A stretch of 64,000 nt of DNA from IMG/VR virus record IMGVR_UViG_3300038318_000272, positions 1-64,000 of that record; one strand, written 5' to 3'. Under the pieces are notes generated by a model. It was given only the letters and a program-made list of their open reading frames with translations, was not told the DNA's origin and ran no database searches. The stretch's first letter is position 1; each line of letters starts with the position of its first letter. The DNA is from an uncultured virus (IMG/VR IMGVR_UViG_3300038318_000272) (Duplodnaviria > Heunggongvirae > Uroviricota > Caudoviricetes). This document shows positions 36,817 to 45,491 of the stretch, piece after piece. The position numbers were made by a program, and so were the translations under genes.

Positions 36817-37098
36817 AGAAAAGGAAAGGGTTTATTAATATTTAAGTCTGTTGTTCAGACGAATTCCAGAGAGTTCAGGATAGTATGCCACCCATCTCCA
36901 TTCTCTTGTTTGATGTCTATAGAGATTCTTACTGCAACGACCTCCATCTGATTCACAAGGTCCTTGCAATAGGCTTTATTATCTGTGAATGCTTCCGCCA
37001 TCTCCCTGAAGGCGTTGATATTTTCACCCTCTTCATAGAAGAGAATGTCGCCTCCGCCCTCGCCGTCCTTAATCTCCGTGGTTATCACTATTCTGTAT

Positions 37099-37836
37099 TT
37101 ACTCATCTAAATCATCACTTATCCTTGGTGCTATCCATATCCTCATGTTGTGAGCTCCATCCGAAGATGTAGTATGAATATGTATCGGGAAATCCTTTTG
37201 GAAATAAAAAGATGTCTTACCTTTCGGCATGTTCTTTATGATATCCAATAGGAATTCGATAGAATATGTCCCGACTTGTCCGACCACACTCTTCTCCACT
37301 TTGGTCTTAGGTATCTTCACAACCAAATCACCCTTCTTATATTCAGATACACCCTCTATGGAAACACCCTCTGTGTTTGTCGTGAAAGAGATTGCGTCAA
37401 ATTTCTTAACCAATGGAGCATATGAGGATATGTAATCTTTGAACTCTCCCTCTTCCAAGTGAACAATCACCACCTCGGAAACTGGGGGGGTTTTTGAGGA
37501 GATAGGACTTTCTCCGAGAGTGCGTATGCTTGCAGATTTGGATTCAGAGGAGAGGGAGAATATGTTCTCTTTGAATTCGACCGTAACTTCTCCTTTGAAA
37601 GATTTAAGATAACTCAAGACTTCTTCGACATTCATCACGAAGATATCGGTATCCAGAGGCTCGGGTTCAAAACGTTTCGCCTGAAGGCTAGACCACATCA
37701 TCATGGTGGTGGACAAATCCACCACCATTGTACTCAACACCCCCTCTTTAGCATGAATCGTGGCCTCCTGATTGAATGTGGATATCATGTTGAAGAAAGA
37801 AGTTAATTCGTTTGCATCATATTGATATTTGAACAT
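37099..37836 (-). CDS. pcn: DNA polymerase sliding clamp (PCNA)
   Basis: 245 aa; YSIEFLLDIIK, KDFPI, C-terminal WIAPRI. Confidence 0.85.
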   Translation of the reverse strand: MFKYQYDANELTSFFNMISTFNQEATIHAKEGVLSTMVVDLSTTMMMWSSLQAKRFEPEPLDTDIFVMNVEEVLSYLKSFKGEVTVEFKENIFSLSSESKSASIRTLGESPISSKTPPVSEVVIVHLEEGEFKDYISSYAPLVKKFDAISFTTNTEGVSIEGVSEYKKGDLVVKIPKTKVEKSVVGQVGTYSIEFLLDIIKNMPKGKTSFYFQKDFPIHIHTTSSDGAHNMRIWIAPRISDDLDE

Positions 37837-38078
37837 AAAGTATGATATGCTAAAAGACTATTTAATGTTTTGTTTTCTCAAATCTTTTCTCCAATTACAC
37901 ACCCTGCGCCTTGCAATGAAACTCCTTGGGAAGTGATATTTGAGGAGCTGTTTGAAAGTGAGGTCGTCTGGAATGTTGCCTACAAAGTCCTTGAAATATC
38001 TCTTAAGTGGAAAGATGATTAGATATGCCCCTAATGCCTTGATAAGGGTGGAGAGGACATCTTGCATCAGTTCTGTAT

Positions 38079-38357
38079 CTACTTATCGAGGATGTTCATC
38101 ACTCTGTCAACCAATATCGAGAACGATAGGATGTACTCCAATCCTTCCTTGAGAGTTATAGATTCATCAGTCAGAGCGAGTTCCATGGATTCCAACGCCT
38201 TCTGCAACTCCTCGAAAAGGTTGGGGTCAATCTTGTTAATCTCTTCCCCTCTGTCCTTTATGAGTTCCCTTGCAGTATTTATTACGACCATTGCGTAAAA
38301 GTTGAGAGTCTCGAAGCGTGTGTTTTTGAGTAAGAGAATCACACCCATGATTATCAC
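38079..38357 (-). CDS. membrane-anchored hypothetical protein
   Basis: Hydrophobic N-terminus; start uncertain. Confidence 0.45.
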   Translation of the reverse strand: MIIMGVILLLKNTRFETLNFYAMVVINTARELIKDRGEEINKIDPNLFEELQKALESMELALTDESITLKEGLEYILSFSILVDRVMNILDK

Positions 38358-38459
38358 CCCGATTATGACCCCTGCCGAAATTGCAATATCGACTATAGTA
38401 TCACCAAGAAGACGATAGATTTAAGATATATAAATACGGGGAATCTTTCGATTGTAGGC

Positions 38460-38725
38460 GAAACAATGTAACACTTGAAACCTTTCTCTATAACTATATA
38501 ATAATAGTATAATAGTATATTTACTAAAGTTTACAATGTTACAATGTTACAATGTTACAAAGCATGGTTAGTATATAAAGAGTATATATACTCGGGGTGA
38601 AAAATGCTGTAACATTTCGTGTTACACAGTTTGAAAACCTGTTACATTTCCCATGAACAACCCTGGAAATAGAGCAATCTTCATACGAATTGGTTGAAAA
38701 ATCTGAAAGGGTTTAGTTACACAAC
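38460..38725. repeat. putative replication origin: TGTTACA/TGTAACA iterons around an AT-rich core
   Basis: TTACAATG tandem at 38531-38560, further copies at 38467, 38608, 38620, 38640; directly downstream of VapE gene. Confidence 0.6.
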
Positions 38726-40243
38726 TGTCGGTGGTGTAACTCTTGTAAGGACGTTTCGGGTGGGATAAGAATCCTGTGCGAACTCATTCTTATATCTCTC
38801 CAAGTCGGGGTTGTTTTTCCAATTGCAATTGTTCTCAACCCATGAGTTCACAGCATACTTGACCTCTTTAGAAGGTTTCCTATAATCCTCTCCGAGAATG
38901 ACGGTGTATATATCCCGTTTACTTATCTTAGACCCAACCGCCACCAAGTTGTTATCTGGATTGTCGAGATATTCATCTATTGCAATCCATACATCCTCGT
39001 CATAAGTCGAGTTCTTCTGCATGATTTGAGCGAGTTCGTTGATTTCATCCTTCGGTCCGAAAATCCAAGAGTTCCCCTGGTCATACAATACCTTGGCTTC
39101 CGCCCAGACCTGCTTGGCTTCGTACCTCTCTTCCATATCATTCCAATAATTTATCGTGATTTTCTCTGGGTCACAGAACATTGGAAAGAACCGTCTATTC
39201 CCTGTCTTATCTATGAAGAGTTTAGATTCATTACTGGATGCAATCATAATCCAATGCCGTCTGAACACCTTACTCTTTCTCGCATAAGCTTCTCGGAACA
39301 TATCGGATGATTTAGAGATATACATCTTGATTGCTTCTACACTCGATGTACGCAGTTGCTTTGATTCTGCCAACTCTATAATCTTGGAGCCGAACGTCCT
39401 CTCTGCGAACTCCTTATCATCCTCGAAGTTACTCATGGTCTCTCTGTACCAATCATCTTCGTATGCGGTGTAGCGTATGAATCCCGATTTACCGATACCT
39501 TGGGCTCCTATGAGAATAGGCACAATCTCATGCTTCGTCTCTTTATAGCCCCTTGCAACGCCACCCATGAACCAAGCACGTGTAACCGTAGTCAAGTATC
39601 GGAGTTCCTTCTCTTTGTCCTTCAACGCAGGTGCAGAGGCCCCCATGCGGTCTATGAACCACCTATCAAGACGGGGAACTCCATCCCACTCCAAATCCTC
39701 CAACCATTCCAGCCACAGATTCCGCACATTATCTGTACAGACCATATTCCAAACATCCATCATGGTCAGTCTTGAGAACTTCGCTTCTATGTTGAGTTCC
39801 CTTGAACAAGACTCTATCATATATCTGAATTTGGAAATGTCGGTATCGTCTGCTCGTTTTAATTCTGGGGGAGATTCACCCCACAAGGCAGTATGCACAA
39901 TCTCCACACCACCCATATCACTATAATACATATATTCACTCAGGTCGGGTTTAAGATATTTTACAAGGGCATACAAATCTCTCAGGTTGCAATCCATATT
40001 ACTGTCAAACCCCATAACCTTATGCCTTGTTCCATCTTGCTCTACCAACAACAGCGTGTCAGATTCCTCAATATACACTGCTTCGATAACCCTATCCAAA
40101 TGACAGACTATCCCACTCAAATCTATAATATAACCATCAAATATTCTTCCGAACAGATTTTTCTTTTTTTTATCACCATGTATCGCACCGAACTCATTCA
40201 CCATAAGTGGTGCTATTCTCTCTTCAAAGCACTCCATTTCCAT
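38717..40243 (-). CDS. VapE/VirE-family replicative helicase (P-loop ATPase)
   Basis: LEWDGVPRL, GAQGIGKS, IIELAE, FREAYAR, DKTGNRRF, QVWAEA; start moved to ATG 40243. Confidence 0.88.
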   Translation of the reverse strand: MEMECFEERIAPLMVNEFGAIHGDKKKKNLFGRIFDGYIIDLSGIVCHLDRVIEAVYIEESDTLLLVEQDGTRHKVMGFDSNMDCNLRDLYALVKYLKPDLSEYMYYSDMGGVEIVHTALWGESPPELKRADDTDISKFRYMIESCSRELNIEAKFSRLTMMDVWNMVCTDNVRNLWLEWLEDLEWDGVPRLDRWFIDRMGASAPALKDKEKELRYLTTVTRAWFMGGVARGYKETKHEIVPILIGAQGIGKSGFIRYTAYEDDWYRETMSNFEDDKEFAERTFGSKIIELAESKQLRTSSVEAIKMYISKSSDMFREAYARKSKVFRRHWIMIASSNESKLFIDKTGNRRFFPMFCDPEKITINYWNDMEERYEAKQVWAEAKVLYDQGNSWIFGPKDEINELAQIMQKNSTYDEDVWIAIDEYLDNPDNNLVAVGSKISKRDIYTVILGEDYRKPSKEVKYAVNSWVENNCNWKNNPDLERYKNEFAQDSYPTRNVLTRVTPPTVV

Positions 40244-40247
40244 CCTC

Positions 40248-40516
40248 TCACCCTTTGAATGGGGGCTCGTCCCCCAACTCCACCGCCATACGCTCCAATA
40301 CATCAATTATCTCATTGATGGACGTATAGAATTCACCATCTACAACAAGCGTGGGATATAACATCACTCCGCACACGGTAGCCTTCACGAGGCCATCCAC
40401 GCTCCCCACNNNNNNNNNNCGTCATAAATTTCAAGAAAAGGTTTGACTGAAGGGGGCAATCGCTTGTAAATCTCGGTGCTTTTACCCGAATCCTTCAAGA
40501 ACAACTGAGGAGACAT
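40248..40516 (-). CDS. small thioredoxin/glutaredoxin-fold-like protein spanning the N gap
   Basis: GVMLYPTLVVDGE (cis-Pro-like loop) after the gap; MSPQLFLK before it; no CxxC seen. Confidence 0.4.
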
Positions 40517-41143
40517 TTAACTCGCATCCGTTCTGTAGAGTCTCCTGATGTTCATACAGTTCCTGCAAGCTACCGTAGGTGCCATGTCGAATTTAGAGCC
40601 TGCATCTCTCACTTCAAAACACGAGTCGTCTGTAGGAATCTCCCCCTTCGGGAGTACGAATCCGAATTTATTACAATAGTAATAGTCTTCCATGAGGACA
40701 ATGGGGGTGTTATCATCATCCATTTTATCCTTCTTTCTCCCGTCTGCGTTCCAGTCTATTTTCGACCCACCAGACCCCCCTTCGTAATCTACCTTCGGAA
40801 CATCCTTCTTCTCACCCTTAGAGGGGAGTTCGTTCCACTTGCAGTAATTGACTTTCCCACCCTCTATGTAGAGCGTGACCTTTTGAGAACAAGGCTTATC
40901 ATTCGAGTTCTTGACATCGTATTTACCGCATCCGAACTGGTACTCCCCATCTGGAAGGTCCAGCTCCACCCTGAACGGCTCGTTCGCAGGGATTCTCTTC
41001 CCGTAGTTCATGAATCTGTCCTCTGTAAGAGAACGCATCCACCAGACCGTGCTCTTCTCAAAGTCGTTATCTATCAGAACCTCTACGTCCTCATCGCTCA
41101 AACAATATTTTGTACTTAATGTGACCATCGTCATATTTATCAT
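40517..41143 (-). CDS. hypothetical protein with Cys motifs
   Basis: 208-aa ORF. Confidence 0.6.
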   Translation of the reverse strand: MINMTMVTLSTKYCLSDEDVEVLIDNDFEKSTVWWMRSLTEDRFMNYGKRIPANEPFRVELDLPDGEYQFGCGKYDVKNSNDKPCSQKVTLYIEGGKVNYCKWNELPSKGEKKDVPKVDYEGGSGGSKIDWNADGRKKDKMDDDNTPIVLMEDYYYCNKFGFVLPKGEIPTDDSCFEVRDAGSKFDMAPTVACRNCMNIRRLYRTDAS

Positions 41144-41176
41144 TCCTTCATCTCTCTATTACTATTTAATATTTAT

Positions 41177-42232
41177 TCATTCCACGGGTTTGAAATCTAT
41201 ATCACAAATTCCTGCTGAATTAATCGCACAAATCCTCTCACCATTGGGGAGTATAGGAGACTTCATCAGTTTGAATACACGCCTTCCTTTAGCTCCAACT
41301 CGGATGTAGATATGCACCTGAGCCGAGTGCCCCAGCACATATCCTCCGACAGGTCTTATCGGGTCTCCGAACATCAACCCAGGACTCTCCTGTACCTGAT
41401 TTGAAACAAGTACGACCGCCCCCCTCGCTTCCGCAAAAGATTGCAATTGAGAAAGATATGAGTTAAGCAACTGCTGTCTCTCTGCCAACGCACCCCTGCC
41501 GATATACTCTGCCCTGAAGTGAGATATGATGGAATCTACAATCAACAGTTTCACATTCTTCTCCACCCCAAGTTGCCGTATCTTATCCATCAGCACAATC
41601 TGATGTGCGCTGGTGTTCGCCCTGACTACATGGAGACGGGATGCAACCCCATCGAAATCAAAACCCCTCGCTTCCGCAATCTGCTTCACACGAGAGATTC
41701 TGAACGTACCTTCCGAATCGACATAAATCACATCTGTGTCCAACCCACCTTCTTCCTTGGGTCTGGTGGCCATTACAGATGCAGTCAGACACGCCTGCGT
41801 CTTTCCGCTTCCGTATCCGCCGTAAAGTTCAGTTATCCACCCAGTTGTATATCCGCCACCAATCAGATTGTCAATCTCTGGACTGCCTGTAGTGAGATAG
41901 GTGTATCTTCCTTCTTCGGCAACCAGCTCATTCCCGTTCTTAATCCTACCAACGTCCGACAAAGCTCTCGCTTGCTCTATGAGCTTACCAGCAGCAACCT
42001 TACCGAATCCTGTCTGCTCAACCAAATCCCCTATCGGGGCAACTGCAATATCCATGAGGCTCCTGTATCCCGCATTGAACAGAGCTTCTGCACGGGATTC
42101 TTTCACCCCCTTCAACTGCATGAATTCCTGAAGATAGACCATCCTATCCTCTTCACTCATTTTTTCGGTCGTCTTTCCTCTCGTTCCTGGGGAGTCATAC
42201 TCCTCCCCTTCTCCCTCATAACCTTCCGCCAT
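41177..42232 (-). CDS. radA: archaeal recombinase RadA
   Basis: N-terminal HhH, GGYGSGKTQ, YVDSEGTFR, LLIVDS, FRAEYIGRGALAERQQ, GGYVLGH. Confidence 0.95.
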   Translation of the reverse strand: MAEGYEGEGEEYDSPGTRGKTTEKMSEEDRMVYLQEFMQLKGVKESRAEALFNAGYRSLMDIAVAPIGDLVEQTGFGKVAAGKLIEQARALSDVGRIKNGNELVAEEGRYTYLTTGSPEIDNLIGGGYTTGWITELYGGYGSGKTQACLTASVMATRPKEEGGLDTDVIYVDSEGTFRISRVKQIAEARGFDFDGVASRLHVVRANTSAHQIVLMDKIRQLGVEKNVKLLIVDSIISHFRAEYIGRGALAERQQLLNSYLSQLQSFAEARGAVVLVSNQVQESPGLMFGDPIRPVGGYVLGHSAQVHIYIRVGAKGRRVFKLMKSPILPNGERICAINSAGICDIDFKPVE

Positions 42233-42721
42233 TTTACATCACCCGTCTTGTCCCTTCTGCTCCTATACGTTATATAAGATAAGAAGGGTCTTATTATATA
42301 AGGATTCAAAGCACACTGTATGCTCTTATGCCCATAACGATGTCCGTATATATGGGTTTTCGCATCACATAACCTTATAGTGAACAGAGACAGCGTATTG
42401 TTACCAGCAGGAACTCCTATATCCAGATTGCACCGTACCAGACTATTGGCGAGAGAGATGAACAATCTATGCCCTATCGGTTCCGAATACAATCTCTTAT
42501 TAATTACATCGTTCCTACATTCTTCAATTGTACGTCCAGTTCCATAAACTATCATTCTGCCGTCTCCTTCTAACACCAAGGCATAATATACCCTGTCGAA
42601 AGAGATTTGCTCTAATTGAGGCAGACTGATTAAGTACCTTTTCATCACACCCGATTCTGTTTGTAAGGTATTTAATGCTTTCGATACCTTTATTTATATA
42701 TCTCACTTCTAATCATGATGC

Positions 42722-42979
42722 ATGGAAGTCAGGCAACAGACTTATGGTATGGATGCTACAGTGGTTTGTCGGCACTGCTCCAAAGTATTCTCAAGAATGT
42801 ATATCTTGGACAGCAAATGCCCGTCTTGCGGTCAGTTCTTCGGTGTGAGGGATATGATTAAGCTCCAGAACCAGGTGGATGAGTATGAGGTTGCAAAGAG
42901 AGCGTCCGAGAGATATACTAAGAAACGTGAGTTAACAAAGAGAATGAAAGAGTTTGGCGGAGGAGAAGATGATGATTAA
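42722..42979 (+). CDS. Zn-finger protein
   Basis: CRHC...CPSC. Confidence 0.6.
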   Translation: MEVRQQTYGMDATVVCRHCSKVFSRMYILDSKCPSCGQFFGVRDMIKLQNQVDEYEVAKRASERYTKKRELTKRMKEFGGGEDDD

Positions 42980-43334
42980 TCAAAGAATCAGACCAAGACA
43001 CGTAGATATGGATGTCGTTAGGAAATCAGTTGTGAGAACATTCAAATCAGAGAAGAACAGACGCAAGAGAACGGTAGATGATGAGTTCAGAGAGACCATC
43101 GGAAGACCCAGAAAACCCGACGAGTTCTCCCTTTCTAATATCTCTATGCACGATGTCTGGCAAGAGATGTACTACGACAAGTTTGGCGGTAAAATCGTAC
43201 CTTTGGAAGGTGAGCAGAGATGTAGTTATTGCGGAACCAGATTCCTCATGGCATACACCCCAGAATACTGTCCGAATTGTAAGAGAATCCTGCCCCTCGG
43301 AGAACTCATCAAAGGCAGGCATTTCAACAAATAA
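42969..43334 (+). CDS. Zn-finger protein
   Basis: CSYC...CPNC; start near GGAGG RBS. Confidence 0.6.
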   Translation: MMINQRIRPRHVDMDVVRKSVVRTFKSEKNRRKRTVDDEFRETIGRPRKPDEFSLSNISMHDVWQEMYYDKFGGKIVPLEGEQRCSYCGTRFLMAYTPEYCPNCKRILPLGELIKGRHFNK

Positions 43335-43364
43335 GATTAAATAGGAGAAAGGAGTTGTCGAAAC

Positions 43365-43754
43365 ATGTATAAGAGAAAGGGTACTATCGGAATCCTTGTT
43401 GCTGGGAAAGATACAGGTATGGGCGGAACGAACGACATCATGCGGAACAGTTCTGCTGAGTTCGCTCTCAGAGTGATATGCAAGATGCATGGATACAAAT
43501 TACATTCGGGGCGTAAGACATGGGCTTGTAAGATTCCTGATTATATAGGGGATGTGGATATGGTCAGGAAGTTCTATCAACACTTCGACACATATATTCA
43601 GTCCCCCAACCAGATTCCGAATGAGGATGATGCTATTCGGTATTGGACTGAGAAGATAGGCGGAACCACAACCGACATGGGATACGGGCTGATTACGCAC
43701 ATGTTGGATGCTCATAACATTCAGTACGACATAATTCACAAGCCATATTTGTGA
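43365..43754 (+). CDS. hypothetical protein
   Basis: AAGGAG RBS. Confidence 0.6.
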   Translation: MYKRKGTIGILVAGKDTGMGGTNDIMRNSSAEFALRVICKMHGYKLHSGRKTWACKIPDYIGDVDMVRKFYQHFDTYIQSPNQIPNEDDAIRYWTEKIGGTTTDMGYGLITHMLDAHNIQYDIIHKPYL

Positions 43755-43796
43755 ATCCCCTCTCACCCTTTATATTTCTAAATCATATTCGACACA

Positions 43797-45491
43797 TTGA
43801 TGTCGAATTTGAAATGGTTATCTGATAGTGCAGACCGTATAAAGGGCACCAACACACCAACTCCTTCCTTTTACGATATTCCAATCATCAATTCTCCCCT
43901 TAACTCCATTGCACTCCCCACGATTTCCCAATCTCCATTCTCCCGAGACATCATCAACACACAATCCCCCAAGAACATCGAGTTCAGGAACAGGTATTCT
44001 AACATATTCGTAGACCAATACACCCGTGCAGGATATTACTTCTACAACTGCTCGATTCTGTCTACAGTCATTCTCAGAATCATATCTGAGATTCTTAGGG
44101 ATGGAATAGAGTGGGTTCCTAAGTTCCTTTCTAAATGTCCCGTTTGTGCTGAAGAGTATCACAAAACCGCAAAACGCTGTACGATGTGTGGTTTCGAGGG
44201 AGAGATGCTTCGTCCCGACCCCTCTCAAAAGAAACTCTTAATTAATTGGCAGGGGGTGAGCCTATTTGACGAATGTAACGCTCAAGGGTGGGATTTGTAC
44301 AAACTCACAAACGCCTTCCTTTTGATGTCTCTCGTTTACAACCAACCACTTATTCTCTGCAAGTCCCGTTATATCGTAGATGAGAACGATGTCGCAATAG
44401 ATGAGATTCCCCAAGAATTCGTTACCCTTGCACCAACCAAGGTCAAGCGCATCTTTGACGACCGTGGGCAACCTGGGAATGACACGGGGTTCATGCTCAG
44501 GTACAGGTCCCAAACCTTCCCCCTCGACGACAGAGAGGTTCTCGAAACGGGCTTCAAGTTCGGGAAGAAGCTCTATCCCGTCTACTGGGGTGTTTCGGAA
44601 GTTATGACATCCACCGAATCCAATTCAGAGTATTTCGCAAAACAGGAAATTTACAACTCTCACTTCGTCATGCCTTCCGCTACTTACGGTGTCCCGATAC
44701 CCCTTCTCATTGAGACCGACATCAAAGCGCATATCGCATTGGAATTGCGTATCGAGAAGTTCTATTCTACGGGACACCCCCCAGGTGTATTCGTTATTCA
44801 CAATGCAACGAGAGACAGCATTGCGGACGTTTCACAATCCATCAAACTGCAAATGCAGAACGACCCCTTCACTTTACCCATCATCGGAATACCGTCTTCC
44901 AGCGACAAAACCGCATCCACCAAATGGATACCGTTCGCTGATAACCCGACCGTTCAGATGATAGAGGTCAAGAAGGAGCTTCAAGAGAGAATAGCGTCCC
45001 CCTACGGTGTAACTGGTATGTTCATAGGAGATTCCGACTCTATCAGAGGTCAGAGCAATGAGCAACACCAGTTGGCGGTCATGGACAGGAACTTGTCCAA
45101 TATAAGGCACCACACCAACTCCTTCCTGAATTGGATTGTCAGGAAATACAGATACATCACCGACTGGACGATACGAGTCGTAGAACCGCCTGACGACCAG
45201 AGCAAGAAGGAAGCGGAGACCTTCGAGATAGAGCTGAGGAACGCAGTGGTTCTGAAGGAACTCGGCTTTGAGGTCATATCTCAAGAGGACGGGAAGATTG
45301 AGATGTCTTCCACCCCCAAGAAGTTCGACCCACTCAAAGCACTGATTGAGAACTCGAACCAAGAGGCTGGAGCAACCACTCCTGCTGGAGATAACCCCAA
45401 CCCCTTTGCCAAGGAACAACAGGGTGACCTATCCAAAAACACATCTTCTCAAAATAACAACCTGTCCGATTTCGCAGGAGGAGGTGTCTAA
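43797..45491 (+). CDS. portal protein with Zn-ribbon insertion
   Basis: YGVPIP, FYSTGHPPGV, ERIASPYGV motifs; first gene of head module; CPVC..CTMC insert. Confidence 0.8.
   Translation: MMSNLKWLSDSADRIKGTNTPTPSFYDIPIINSPLNSIALPTISQSPFSRDIINTQSPKNIEFRNRYSNIFVDQYTRAGYYFYNCSILSTVILRIISEILRDGIEWVPKFLSKCPVCAEEYHKTAKRCTMCGFEGEMLRPDPSQKKLLINWQGVSLFDECNAQGWDLYKLTNAFLLMSLVYNQPLILCKSRYIVDENDVAIDEIPQEFVTLAPTKVKRIFDDRGQPGNDTGFMLRYRSQTFPLDDREVLETGFKFGKKLYPVYWGVSEVMTSTESNSEYFAKQEIYNSHFVMPSATYGVPIPLLIETDIKAHIALELRIEKFYSTGHPPGVFVIHNATRDSIADVSQSIKLQMQNDPFTLPIIGIPSSSDKTASTKWIPFADNPTVQMIEVKKELQERIASPYGVTGMFIGDSDSIRGQSNEQHQLAVMDRNLSNIRHHTNSFLNWIVRKYRYITDWTIRVVEPPDDQSKKEAETFEIELRNAVVLKELGFEVISQEDGKIEMSSTPKKFDPLKALIENSNQEAGATTPAGDNPNPFAKEQQGDLSKNTSSQNNNLSDFAGGGV

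Noticed and set aside
40410..40419. Run of N as a biological feature
   Set aside because: Assembly gap; it only makes the spanning small ORF uncertain.
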